From NCBI GenBank assembly GCA_008690995.1, contig VRMN01000003.1, positions 1,922,001-1,986,000 on the forward strand: a stretch of DNA of 64,000 bases, read 5' to 3'. The notes under the pieces were generated by a model. It was not told where the DNA came from. It worked only from the letters and a program-made list of their open reading frames with translations, and made no database searches. Origin of the DNA: Porphyridium purpureum. Taxonomy: Eukaryota. Numbering within the stretch: position 1 is the first letter of the stretch; the number at the start of each line of letters is the position of its first letter. Below, piece by piece: positions 33,087 to 43,925 of this stretch. The translations under genes were made by a program, and so were the position numbers.

Positions 33087-33712
33087 ACTGCGTGCCACAT
33101 CCGCTTTGTGTCGCACGTCTCCAGTCACAACTGGTCATCTGTGCCACCACCGCTCAACTGCGCGCGCAAAAAAAAAGGATTATGCTTAAAATGATGTGTT
33201 TTCATATGAGGGCGAGTTCCTCTTTGCCGATGTCAACTTGGGGGCCTGGCTCGTTCGGTGCCTGAGCGCGCATGAAGTGCGCCGCGCTTCCTTTTCGGTT
33301 CGACATACGCCAGGAGTAGCAATGATATCTAAATATTCGTCTCTATCCCAGCATTTTCCCGTCACGAGGACGATCTGCCTTGCTTCGCCGTGATAAATAG
33401 ACTCTCGCTAGGGGTGTGCTGGCACGTGCTCCTCCCACCGCTCTGTCTTCATTTGCAGTATTCGAATGCACCTGGTGATCCAAGTGTCGCGCCTTCTCGC
33501 ACTCGGCATTACTACAAGAGCTCAGTCCGCCAGTCTGGGTTCTCGCTTTCGGCCTACACAGGTGCTCAAGGTATCGAACTTGGCCGGAAAGATGGTACAC
33601 TCGAGAACGCGGCACACGAAACTGGCGCTTCGGCCCGCAGGAAGATCCTCTCGAAGGCCCCAGAACAGGGCGCGAGAGTGAACCTGGTGTGATATTGTTG
33701 CATGCCATCTTC

Positions 33713-35125
33713 CTACTTGGTCTTGTTTGCAAGCTCCCTGAAGCTTCCGATCCGTCCAATACGCATACTTGTGCGCGGCTTTGGAGACTGTGCAATGTCT
33801 TGGCGGTCTGCCTCCCGGTCAGGAGGCTGGCCTTGCTCGTTCTGCGGAGCTGGATGGTATTGCAGATTCTCAGATGCGTGCGGTCCCATGCCGGCCGTCG
33901 ACAGCCGCTCAAGACGCAGGTCCCGCATGCTCGAGCTCTTCTTGACGGGCTTGATGCTGCCAGGGCCGGATAACGTCGTGAATTTGGCACCGTCCGAGAA
34001 GTAAATCACATGGCGAACATGGCGGCCGACGTAGCGTCGTTCCGCAGATCCGTACTTGATAAACCACTGACGGCTCAGTGTATCGTACCGCCACTCCTGC
34101 AGCATCTGCTGCGTGCGTTTTTGTGCGTTTCGCAAATTGCTGCTCTCAAGAAAGGTGGTCAGATACTCGCGACTCGTCATCCATTGCGAAAGCATGCACA
34201 GGAACAACCCGCGATCGGAAGCAGGAACATCGTCAGCCGTGAAAAATGCGCTGAAGCGCTGGTCGAAAGCCGACTTCTCTGTCCGCGAAAAGGTGCGCTG
34301 GACCACGTTCGACATTGCATTCTCGAGTAGCAAGAAGTGCGAGTTGAGTGCACCCACCAGCTGGTCAAGCTTAGGTTTGCATTCCCATGCGGCTTCGAGA
34401 GCAATGCGGTTGTGGAAAGGTTGATTCTGCCTCTGCATGTCAATCGGTACCACAAGTCGCGACAGGAGCTCCTTGAACTCTGGTATCATGTAGTCAAGCC
34501 ATGCACGAGCGTTTGCCTGTGATTCAAGCACCTGCGGCAGCACACGGGCTGAACTCTGAATCCACGGAAACACCAGCTTTTCCAGCGCGAGCAGGTAGCG
34601 CTTGATAAATCGAAAGATAGGGGGAAGAAAGTCTTTGAGCAGTAAGTAGTCGTTGATGCTGATGGTGAGTAATGGGCGCACTTGGAAGAACGACAGCGCG
34701 GTGTAGGCGTCCAAAATTTCCTTGCGGATACCGTTATGAGGCAAAGAAAAGACATCTAGCCCGTACCGCTGTCGGTAGCGTGCGAAAAGGAGCGAAGGAT
34801 GTCCCAACGGGGGCGGCTGCGCAACAGCATCTTCAGCAAGCGCCACGTGCTCCTCGTCGTCCACGCAGACGGCATCCTCGTCGAATTCGTCTGTGCTTTC
34901 CCCAGACTTGTGTGTCCCTCCCTTCTTGTGCACCAAACCATGCTGCTTCGCTTCATCTGACGCTGGCGGCTGCTGGAGCCGGCGAGAGCCGCGAAGCATA
35001 AACACGTCTGCCGATAGCCGCCGAAACGAGCCCGCACTGCGCACCGCATTGTGGCGCGGCTGAATGGCAGCCTCGTCCTCATCTTCGCCTAGGTGCGCCG
35101 ACATCGAATAGCTCTCATTCGCCAT
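33713..35125 (-). CDS. Hypothetical protein, possibly with a degenerate hemerythrin-like helical domain
   Basis: 470-aa ORF; DVFSLPHNGIRKEI, LEKLVFPWI, HFLLLENA segments. Confidence 0.6.
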   Translation of the reverse strand: MANESYSMSAHLGEDEDEAAIQPRHNAVRSAGSFRRLSADVFMLRGSRRLQQPPASDEAKQHGLVHKKGGTHKSGESTDEFDEDAVCVDDEEHVALAEDAVAQPPPLGHPSLLFARYRQRYGLDVFSLPHNGIRKEILDAYTALSFFQVRPLLTISINDYLLLKDFLPPIFRFIKRYLLALEKLVFPWIQSSARVLPQVLESQANARAWLDYMIPEFKELLSRLVVPIDMQRQNQPFHNRIALEAAWECKPKLDQLVGALNSHFLLLENAMSNVVQRTFSRTEKSAFDQRFSAFFTADDVPASDRGLFLCMLSQWMTSREYLTTFLESSNLRNAQKRTQQMLQEWRYDTLSRQWFIKYGSAERRYVGRHVRHVIYFSDGAKFTTLSGPGSIKPVKKSSSMRDLRLERLSTAGMGPHASENLQYHPAPQNEQGQPPDREADRQDIAQSPKPRTSMRIGRIGSFRELANKTK

Positions 35126-35229
35126 CTTATCAATGTCACTTTGTGAATATACCACAGCGTGTTTCAGTTTTCTTCACAGCGTGTCCTGTCACTTGGCTGG
35201 GAGGATAGACATCGTTCTGGCGTTTGAGC

Positions 35230-36003
35230 ATGTGGAATAAGAATGTGTACCACGCTCGAGTGGAGAAGCGGTCGCTGGGGCTTGCCGCTCTGCTATGGTT
35301 GTGTTTTGGCTTTTTCGGCGCGCACCGTTTCTACCTGCGCCGCATGGTCAGCGCCAACGTCGTGTTGATCTTGGCCGCGTTGGCCGCTGGCCGCATGGCG
35401 ACGCTGATGAAAGCTGAGCATGAAAGACAGCTTATACAGAACGCAAGCGCCTTTGGTGGAGAACGACTCTGCGATCAGCAGGGACATGGCTCATTTGGTC
35501 GCGTGGATGGTGTCGAGCAGCTTGTGTCGAGGTCAGATCAAGTTTGCCGATTGGATTCGGATAACCCCGCAGCCAGCGAGGACGCAGCGCCCTCCAGTAC
35601 GCCGACCGCCCAGTATATGCGCTCCGTGCACCTGTCAGACAAGGAGAAGCTGGCGTTGTACACTGAAATACGCTCTTGGCACGATTTGCTGAACTGGCTT
35701 ATGCCGGTAGTGCTTCTCATCTGGATTCTTGATGGGCTCAGTTTGAAGCGTATGGTTGATGAAGAGAATGCAGTTCGAGCGTGGAACAAACAACGCTTGA
35801 CGCGCGTCAGACTGGACGAACAAACAGTCGGCGCGTCTACACAGAGGCCAAAATCCGCCCCATCGTACGACGCACAGCGCGCCGTCATGCAGCAGGCCAA
35901 CGCGCAGATTCGCGTCGACCCGCAGGCAATGCGCGGGCAACCCAAAATGTTCCGTCGCGGCGACGGTTACGTGCGTGTGCATCCGAATGGAAAATTGGTT
36001 TGA
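35230..36003 (+). CDS. TM2-domain protein
   Basis: KRSLGLAALLWLCFGFFGAHRFYL and IWILD motifs. Confidence 0.8.
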   Translation: MWNKNVYHARVEKRSLGLAALLWLCFGFFGAHRFYLRRMVSANVVLILAALAAGRMATLMKAEHERQLIQNASAFGGERLCDQQGHGSFGRVDGVEQLVSRSDQVCRLDSDNPAASEDAAPSSTPTAQYMRSVHLSDKEKLALYTEIRSWHDLLNWLMPVVLLIWILDGLSLKRMVDEENAVRAWNKQRLTRVRLDEQTVGASTQRPKSAPSYDAQRAVMQQANAQIRVDPQAMRGQPKMFRRGDGYVRVHPNGKLV

Positions 36004-36124
36004 ATAGAGAAGGACACACGCCATTTGTTAACCTATGGGCACAAGTCGACCATGTTTATATTCACACACACAAAGTGCGGGAAAACTCGACAAATCTCAT
36101 TCCCTTTCTTCAATGTGCAGCAAG

Positions 36125-38557
36125 TTATGCAACAAGCTTCGTAAATGTATCCACGTCGAGCACAGTAACACCCAGCTTGTGCGCACGGTCGAGTTTGGTA
36201 CCACTCTTGTCCCCTGACACGACAAAGTCTGTCTTTGACGTCACGGCGTTTCGCACAATACCACCTCGCCGCTGCACCAGCTCTATCGCACGAACGCGGG
36301 TCAGATCCGATCCTAATGATCCCGTAAACACGAAAATCTTGCCGAGAAGTGTTTCCGCAATGGCCAAAGCTCTACCCTCGCCCGATGTTTCCGAAGCTGC
36401 CAGAACGGATACGTTTGCCGCTTCCAACGGCTTTAGCCCGGCATTTGTCAAGTCCAAAATGTGCTGCCGCTCCTCAGGATCACGCAAAAACGCCAGGATG
36501 GAGCCTGCCGATTTCAATGCCACGCCGTCAATCCTCGTCAACATCTGCTCGTCTGCGTTCACGACACGTTCGAGGTCATAATTTGCTGCACGCGCCAGTG
36601 ATTCTGCAGTCGTTGCTCCCACCCCGGGAATCCCCAATGCGGTGATGATTCGAGCAAGCGGACGCGACTGCTTACTTGCTTGGATCCCGTCGTAGAGGCG
36701 GCGCGCCGACTTTGACTTGAAACCGGGCAGAGCTTCGAGCTGCTCGACGGAAAGCCTGTAAAAATCAACGGCACGTTGAACGAGCCCAGCGTCAACAAGC
36801 TTGGAAATGGTCGCTGTCCCTAGCGAGTCAATGTCCATACCGGATTTCGACCCGAAATACATGAGCCGACTTAGCGACCTCGCCTCGCAGTTGCGATTTG
36901 AGCAGCGCACAAACACGTCCTCCGTGTCGGGCTCAATCTTGGACTGGCACACGGGACACTCCTGCGGGGGTACGATTTCACGAGCCCCGGTCGAGATCGT
37001 CTGTTCACGAAAAGAGCCGGCACGAACGACACCCGTAATTTTCGGGATTACGTCACCGCTGCGCATTAGTTGAACCGTGTCGCCAATGCGTAGCCCTAGC
37101 GCCTTGATTTCGGCGTAATTGTGTAGTGTGGCACGAGACACGGTCACGCCGCCGACTTTTACTGGCTCAAGCTCCGCCACGGGCGTCAGCACGCCTGCAC
37201 GAGACACTTGCACGCGTACGCCTAGCATGCGCGTGATGGCTTGCTCCGCGGTAAACTTGAATGCCACGGCACCCCGCGGTGCGCGCGCTGTGATGCCGAG
37301 CGCGCGACGTAGCTCATTATCGTTTAGCTTGACGACCACGCCGTCCGCCTCGAGTTCCAGCGAGTCCCGCATTCGCTCGAGCTCCTTCGCAATCGAAATG
37401 ATCTCATCAGGTTCATCGCTACACTGGGCGACGAACGGAACAATCGGGAAGCCTAGCGAGTCAAGAAGATAGATTGTGTCGTACTGCGTCGTAGGCAAAT
37501 GCGCTGCTGCCGGGTCTATTTCCCCGACCAGTACCATCTCATATGCGACGAAAGAGAGCCTCCGCTGTACCACAAGCTCCGGGTCAAGTAGCTTGAGCGC
37601 ACCACCGGCAGCATTTCTTGCATTCGAGAACGGGTCCAAGCCCTGCTCTGCACGCTGCTCATTGAGCGTGCGAAAGTTGCTCTTGCTCATGTACACTTCG
37701 CCCCGGACCTCGACTCTGTCGGGCAAAGATTCATATTGTTTGCGGGTGCTCGTGTTTGTGCTCGTGCGTGACGGACGACGCAGCTCGCGCGGCACGCCCT
37801 GAATAAAGACGGCATTACGAGTTACGTCGTCACCAATTCTTCCGTTTCCGCGAGTGATGGCACGCTTTAGCACACCTTTTTCATACTGCAGGGTGATGGC
37901 AATACCGTCTGCCTTCAGTTCGACGCAGTAGCGAGCCCTGTTCCTCTCAGCGTTTGTTTCCGAGTCTGCAACGGGTTCGGGCACTAGACCTCGGGCCGCG
38001 AGCTCGCGATTCACGCGCTTGACAAAATCGGCGACATCGTCCGGATTATATGTATTGGACAACGACAACATTGGAACTTGGTGCCTGACGGGCGGGAAGC
38101 CATCTGCGACAGCCGACGGATTTGGCGCAAAGCCGGGTGCTTGCGAAGGTGAATCTGATGTGACCCAATCCGGGTGTACGCGCTCAATCTGGACTAGCTT
38201 TTTCATCAATGCGTCGTACGCTTCATCCGAGATCTCTGGCTCCGGAACATCAGCATAATACTTGGCGTCATGATATTTGATCTGCTGTACCAGTTTCATG
38301 TACTCTTTCCTTTCGCGCAGCTGCAGCTCTGACGCAGTTCTGTGCATCTCCTCTGTATCACCTGGATCATGTGCCTCTGGCGCAGGGCCGGAGCCAACAG
38401 CAGCTGCTACTGTGCCTACGCAACGACGGGGCGCCTCGATAATTTCACGCCGATACCGTACTGCATGACCATAGTCGCGCATCCGCACGCGCAAAAGATG
38501 CAAACCCATGCACACGCCACACGAAGCTACCCGTCGATGCATCGACATCATCTTCAT
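36125..38557 (-). CDS. ligA: NAD+-dependent DNA ligase, bacterial type, with N-terminal extension
   Basis: HDAKYY/ISDEAYD domain Ia, ELKADG adenylation motif, TRGNGRIGDDVT, EVRGEVYM, ADGVVVK, C4 Zn finger, HhH, BRCT; start codon uncertain. Confidence 0.95.
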   Translation of the reverse strand: MKMMSMHRRVASCGVCMGLHLLRVRMRDYGHAVRYRREIIEAPRRCVGTVAAAVGSGPAPEAHDPGDTEEMHRTASELQLRERKEYMKLVQQIKYHDAKYYADVPEPEISDEAYDALMKKLVQIERVHPDWVTSDSPSQAPGFAPNPSAVADGFPPVRHQVPMLSLSNTYNPDDVADFVKRVNRELAARGLVPEPVADSETNAERNRARYCVELKADGIAITLQYEKGVLKRAITRGNGRIGDDVTRNAVFIQGVPRELRRPSRTSTNTSTRKQYESLPDRVEVRGEVYMSKSNFRTLNEQRAEQGLDPFSNARNAAGGALKLLDPELVVQRRLSFVAYEMVLVGEIDPAAAHLPTTQYDTIYLLDSLGFPIVPFVAQCSDEPDEIISIAKELERMRDSLELEADGVVVKLNDNELRRALGITARAPRGAVAFKFTAEQAITRMLGVRVQVSRAGVLTPVAELEPVKVGGVTVSRATLHNYAEIKALGLRIGDTVQLMRSGDVIPKITGVVRAGSFREQTISTGAREIVPPQECPVCQSKIEPDTEDVFVRCSNRNCEARSLSRLMYFGSKSGMDIDSLGTATISKLVDAGLVQRAVDFYRLSVEQLEALPGFKSKSARRLYDGIQASKQSRPLARIITALGIPGVGATTAESLARAANYDLERVVNADEQMLTRIDGVALKSAGSILAFLRDPEERQHILDLTNAGLKPLEAANVSVLAASETSGEGRALAIAETLLGKIFVFTGSLGSDLTRVRAIELVQRRGGIVRNAVTSKTDFVVSGDKSGTKLDRAHKLGVTVLDVDTFTKLVA

Positions 38558-38809
38558 GTTGACATCCACTCCCAACTTTGCTGCCAGTCCCGCCGCTCCC
38601 CCGCGCGTTTTAGCGTACCGGTTTCCTGTTCGCGTGTGCTCATCTCGGATGCATCCCGCGCACACACTTACAAACATTCCCACCTCTCTTCCCTTCCTCT
38701 CTGTCGCTCGGTCTCGCTTGCGTTCGCTTCTTCAATGGGTCCCTCGAATAATGGGCTAGACACGAGCCGTCAAGGAAGGACACACGTAGCTGGACTGGGA
38801 TGTGTATGG

Positions 38810-41800
38810 ATGGCTGCGGACCGTGAAGATGAGGCGGTGGGAGGGAAAGCGCCTGACCAAGAGCGCGCTGCTGTGTCGCAGCGCGCGCAGCGGTCGTCGT
38901 CGACGCGCGCTGTAGAGCAGTTGCGGCAGGCATTTTTGGATCAAAATGACTCGGACGACGAGGCGTCGTCCCAGGATGATTCACTGCAGGAGCCGCAGGA
39001 TGTTCGGCTGCAGCAGAATGCAACTGGGCTATTGAAAATCTTTGTTCGGCCTGGCGCGGCAGCCGGCGGTGACCATGGACGGAAAGAAAAGAAGAGAAGA
39101 CACAAAGTCCGCGACGCGGTTTTCACGGTCGAAAACGATGACGAGGAGTATGAGCTAAGTGAGGAGGACGATGAGGACGCTTACCGTTCCGACGATGAAC
39201 TACCCGACCCGGAGGAGCGCAGGCGCCGCCGCGAACTCTCCGAGGCAAGGAAGCGGGAGCGGCTTGCCCAGAGCCAGCAGGAAGGGGACACTTTACAGAG
39301 TCTGGATCGAGTGCGTCACGAGGAAGTTCACGGCGACCATGCGGCGTCCGGCGACTCGAGTGCGCGAGTAGACAGCAAAACGCCCGTGGCTGTTCTTGAC
39401 AAAACGAAGGAAACGGTAGACAAGCACGCAGCGAAGCGGAAGAGGTTGGCCGAGGCCGCACTCAAGACAGAGTCGGCAGCTCTTACTGAAGGCGTGCAAG
39501 GTGAGCAGATGGATTCGGAAGAAATGCCGATGCCGTCCATTGCCCGCGACTTCTTCATTCCGGACAGCTTTCTCGGAGGAGACGAAGACTTACCGGAAGG
39601 CATGCTGCCCAGCTTTGTCGATAGCGCCGTAGGGATCAAGCTGAAGCCGGATCATACCTCGCGGCCCGTATGGGTGGCGAAGGACGGCCGAATATTTCTC
39701 GAGACGTTCTCTCCCATCTATAAGCAGGCTTACGATTTCCTGGTTGCTATTGCAGAACCGGTCAGTCGCCCGGAACTGATTCAGGAGTACCGATTGACGC
39801 CGTACGCCTTGTATGCCGCAGTGAGTGTGGGGCTCGATGCGGATACGATTGTTGCAGTGCTCGGTCGGTTGTGCAAGACAGCGCTTCCGCCGGAGGTCCC
39901 GGATTTGATCAAAAGCTGCACGAAGACGTTTGGCAAGTCTAAGCTTGTCCTTCACCGTGGCAAGTACTATATCCAGACCACCGACGAGGATGTGCTCAAG
40001 TTGCTTCTGCAGGATGCAGTCATTCAGGAAGCGCGCGTGCAACCTGACGGCGAGTCTTTCCAATTGGGCCTCGATCGAGATCGCAACCCTTTGGGTGGTG
40101 TGGTGCTTTCTGGTGGCGACACGGCCGTCACGGACGACGCCGCCATTGACGCAGTCTTTGCCGCATTAGAGAACGAGGACGATGATGATGATGACTATGA
40201 TGAAGACGTTGGGAGCGGGGCAACGAATGGAAACAAGGATGAGTCTTCATTGATGATTCAAAAAAGTTCCGCTGTCACGCGGCGCACGAAGCCGCAGTCA
40301 TTCTTCTCACTGGAAATTAAGGGTGAGAATGTGGAGTTTGTGAAGCGGCGATGTATTGAGCTGGATTATCCGCTGATGGAAGAGTATGATTTTCGGAACG
40401 ATACTGTGAACAAGACGCTTGCAATGGACCTCAAGCCGATCGCAAAAGTGCGGCCGTATCAGGAGAAAAGTCTCGCCAAGATGTTTGGGAATGGACGCGC
40501 TCGCTCGGGCGTCATTGTTTTGCCCTGTGGTGCAGGCAAATCGCTGGTAGGAGTGACCGCGGCATGCACCATCAAGAAACCGACGCTGTGCCTATGTACA
40601 TCGTCTGTATCGGTCGAGCAGTGGCGTCATCAGTTTGCGCTATGGTCGACGCTCCCCAAGGACCAGATAGGCCGCTTTACCGCCGGGGCAAAGGGAAATA
40701 TGCTTCATCCTGTTACAGTCACGACGTACTCGATGATCTCACACAGTGGCAAGCGCTCCGCAGAGACGACCAAGCTGCTTGATCAGCTCAAGGCGCAGGA
40801 ATGGGGACTTATTTTGCTGGATGAAGTGCACGTAGTGCCTGCCAATGTCTTTCGGCGTGTGCTCGGAGTCGTCAAGGCGCACTGCAAACTCGGATTGACC
40901 GCGACGCTGCTTCGTGAAGATCACAAGATTGGTGATATCAATTTTTTGATCGGACCGAAATTGTATGAGGCCAACTGGCTCGATTTGCAGCGTGCCGGCT
41001 ATCTCGCAACAGTGCAATGCGCGGAGGTGTGGTGTCCCATGACTGCGGAATTCTATGACCAGTACTTGAAGGTTTCATCGGCCAAACGGAAGCTCTTGTA
41101 CGCCATGAACCCGAATAAGTTTCGTATGACTCAGTATTTGGTGCGATTTCATGAAGCGCGCGGCGACAAGATCATTATTTTCAGTGACAACATCTTTGCT
41201 CTACGCTTGTACGCAGAGCGTTTGCGACGGCCCTTCATCTACGGCCCCACTTCGCAGCAGGAGCGGACTCGGATCTTGTACCAGTTCCAGAACAATCCAC
41301 AGCTCGGGACCATTTTGCTGAGCAAAGTTGGTGATACGTCCATTGATATCCCGGAGGCGAATGTGCTGATTCAGGTGTCTTCTCACTACGGCTCGCGCCG
41401 CCAGGAAGCACAACGTCTGGGACGCATTTTGCGGCCAAAGCCTCGCGCCGGACAGAACTTCAACGCCTTCTTCTACTCGCTTGTCTCTGCCGATACCCAA
41501 GAAATGTACTATTCGTCCAAGCGGCAGCAGTTTCTGATCGACCAGGGCTACGCGTTCAAGGTGATCACCGAGTTGACGGGTATGGAATCGGTCCCCGATC
41601 TCGCATTCAGCACACGCGAGGAGCAGCTTGAGCTTCTCACGCAGGTATTGAATGCCGACGAGGCAGAGGCGACAGAGAAGACGGACGATCCGGATGCGGA
41701 TGAGCTGGGTATTGACAGGATCAACGGGGGTGCGACTGGCTCGCGCCGCATGGCGGCAGGACTCGGTGCGCTGAGCGGGGCTGATGGGATGAGGTATGCA

Positions 41801-41881
41801 GAGTACCAAAATGCCAACCAAGTGTTGGGGCGAGGCGTGGTGCGGCATCAGATTTTCCGAAAGCGGTTTGCAAACAGATAA
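38810..41881 (+). CDS. XPB: TFIIH DNA helicase/translocase XPB (ERCC3/Ssl2)
   Basis: RPYQEKSL, SGVIVLPCGAGKS, DEVH, GLTATLLRED, QRLGRILR; start may be ATG 38735. Confidence 0.96.
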   Translation: MAADREDEAVGGKAPDQERAAVSQRAQRSSSTRAVEQLRQAFLDQNDSDDEASSQDDSLQEPQDVRLQQNATGLLKIFVRPGAAAGGDHGRKEKKRRHKVRDAVFTVENDDEEYELSEEDDEDAYRSDDELPDPEERRRRRELSEARKRERLAQSQQEGDTLQSLDRVRHEEVHGDHAASGDSSARVDSKTPVAVLDKTKETVDKHAAKRKRLAEAALKTESAALTEGVQGEQMDSEEMPMPSIARDFFIPDSFLGGDEDLPEGMLPSFVDSAVGIKLKPDHTSRPVWVAKDGRIFLETFSPIYKQAYDFLVAIAEPVSRPELIQEYRLTPYALYAAVSVGLDADTIVAVLGRLCKTALPPEVPDLIKSCTKTFGKSKLVLHRGKYYIQTTDEDVLKLLLQDAVIQEARVQPDGESFQLGLDRDRNPLGGVVLSGGDTAVTDDAAIDAVFAALENEDDDDDDYDEDVGSGATNGNKDESSLMIQKSSAVTRRTKPQSFFSLEIKGENVEFVKRRCIELDYPLMEEYDFRNDTVNKTLAMDLKPIAKVRPYQEKSLAKMFGNGRARSGVIVLPCGAGKSLVGVTAACTIKKPTLCLCTSSVSVEQWRHQFALWSTLPKDQIGRFTAGAKGNMLHPVTVTTYSMISHSGKRSAETTKLLDQLKAQEWGLILLDEVHVVPANVFRRVLGVVKAHCKLGLTATLLREDHKIGDINFLIGPKLYEANWLDLQRAGYLATVQCAEVWCPMTAEFYDQYLKVSSAKRKLLYAMNPNKFRMTQYLVRFHEARGDKIIIFSDNIFALRLYAERLRRPFIYGPTSQQERTRILYQFQNNPQLGTILLSKVGDTSIDIPEANVLIQVSSHYGSRRQEAQRLGRILRPKPRAGQNFNAFFYSLVSADTQEMYYSSKRQQFLIDQGYAFKVITELTGMESVPDLAFSTREEQLELLTQVLNADEAEATEKTDDPDADELGIDRINGGATGSRRMAAGLGALSGADGMRYAEYQNANQVLGRGVVRHQIFRKRFANR

Positions 41882-41962
41882 ACCTGGGTGGAGAGTTGGG
41901 TACAATAGGCCGCGAACTTAACAGAAAGGAGTAAAGCAGCAGGCTCCGAATCCAATTTAATC

Positions 41963-42766
41963 TCACGACGGCGGTTGCGGCTCATCTGAGTCGGGATCTC
42001 GCGACGGATCCTCTTCCCTACCTTCGTCTTCTTCTGGATACGCGCCGATGTCTTCCGACAGCGCGTCTGCTAGCCCCCGTAATGAGCCGTCTTGTACCGC
42101 GCCCGAACCGGCATCTGACTTGCCATCGGACGGGTACGAGCCCGCTTGACCCATCATCGCGATGATAGGTTCGAGCGCGTCCAGGATCTCCTTGCCACCC
42201 AAGCTGCCCTTGCGGACTTCTCGCGAGAAGAATGACGGCATGGCGACCGACGCGACTCCCTTTTCAAGCGCGCGCATGCGTTCGCTGTGCTCTTGCATGG
42301 CAGCCTCCCAAGCGTCGAACTTGGAGCCATCTGGGTGTGCCTGTGCATACTGCATAACAAAGGCGTCGCGCTCATAGTTCAAAGTGTCCGGATTGAGGCT
42401 GGCAGGCTGCAACTCCTCGGTGCCGTCCGGCAGCGGCCGCGCGGCCATTTCATACGGTTTGCGAAGAGTCATGCAGCGCAGCACGCGCTTATCTGTGCGC
42501 AAGGCGCGGCCCACGTCCATATTCCGCCGGGGGTTCAGAAACACGCCGAGCTGCAGGTAGTATGCGAACTTGTGCTTCACCTGATTCTGCGTGATCGTGT
42601 ATGCCAACTTTCTGGGCCCGTGCCCTCGCTCGGACGCGAGATGACCCAACTGCGTCACCACTCCGCCAGCCTCCATCACCCTCATGCTCATCTCGCGCAC
42701 AAATCCCGCAAGCTCCCTGCGCGCCAGCCCAGCGTCCGCCAGCACCACCCACTCATAATACGGCAT
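41963..42766 (-). CDS. Mitochondrial-type ribosomal protein S6 (bS6m) with C-terminal extension
   Basis: MPYYE..., GGVV, GPRKLAYTI, LRTDKRVLR. Confidence 0.75.
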   Translation of the reverse strand: MPYYEWVVLADAGLARRELAGFVREMSMRVMEAGGVVTQLGHLASERGHGPRKLAYTITQNQVKHKFAYYLQLGVFLNPRRNMDVGRALRTDKRVLRCMTLRKPYEMAARPLPDGTEELQPASLNPDTLNYERDAFVMQYAQAHPDGSKFDAWEAAMQEHSERMRALEKGVASVAMPSFFSREVRKGSLGGKEILDALEPIIAMMGQAGSYPSDGKSDAGSGAVQDGSLRGLADALSEDIGAYPEEDEGREEDPSRDPDSDEPQPPS

Positions 42767-43925
42767 GGTCCTAGTCCTCCTTTCTCCTCTCTCCAACCTC
42801 TCTTCGTCTCCCTTTCCGCCTCGGCTCTGTGCGTTTCGCCCTCGCGCCCAACCCTTTTTTTAACAACCGCCCAAACATTATTTAATATTTTTTCTTCAAC
42901 TGTACCTCTGAGAGTACAGTGCAGTATAGGGTTATCCGTTGTGTTTCGCAGTTGCTTCGGATTGCGGGCTGTGCGAGGTTTTCCGGAAGCGTACGAGGCA
43001 ACCAACGGGCCGACGACTGTCTGGTCATGGGCACCATCGTGGTCTGATGAGGAGCGCCTTTTGCCCTCTGTCAATCTATTCAACCGAGCGTAAACTAGTT
43101 TCGCTCGCGCACGTTCAAGCGTTTCCTCATCCCCATCTTATTCTCAGACCAGACTTCAACACTGAGTGGCGACAATACTGCATGATTGTGTACAGACCAC
43201 TTGCCATTTGGTGCTGGTTGATTATCAGGGTTCGTATACAACCCGGACAAACATTTCTGGCGGTTCGGAATTCTCGCGGTGCCGCGATGTCACGCTGGAA
43301 CCGCAAGAACCAGCCTATGACATCAATGAAAACATACATCTCACTTCCAAATGGTGCTGAGTCCCGATCCACGAATTGCGTAAAGACCACGCTATACGTT
43401 CAGCGTCACGCGTGGCATGATGAATACCAACACACCGAGTCTTCAGTGTCTTGCCACAATACGACTGCCCATCGCCGCCAATACCAGTTGCTCGTCTCAG
43501 CGAAGCGTCTTATCGGTTACATGCAACCGGCTTAACCGGTCAGACCGCGAGCCGATTGGCCTCTATTGATGCATGTCAACAGTACCTCAAAATCCCACCA
43601 GGTACACTTGAATATTTATAGTAAACGACACGATTTCATGATTTTGGTGCATGAAACAGGGTGGAAGTGTACCTCAGTTGGAGAAGCAGGTGAGGCGATG
43701 AAGCGGAAGGAGCGGAGGTGAGGGACTGTGACGGCATGCCAGTTGCTTGGAAGGCGCAAGTGTGTGTGTCTGTGTGGTCTGTCGTGAGAGCAACGGGAGC
43801 GTGAGGAACGAGGGGGAACGGACTGCTCCCATTTGCTGGCTTGTGTGTTGCGCGGAAAGTGGGGAAGAAGGGCAGAGTTGCACAGCGCTTCCGGGGTTTG
43901 GGTGAGCTGCTGGTGTGTACGCAGG

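Noticed and set aside
38342..38734. Apparent overlap of the XPB and LigA ORFs
   Set aside because: Arises from non-ATG upstream ORF extensions; plausible ATG starts do not overlap
43127..43520. Fragment reading SAPFGSEMYVFIDVIGWFLR as a possible decayed gene
   Set aside because: Short, interrupted by stops, and the similarity is too weak to support without a search
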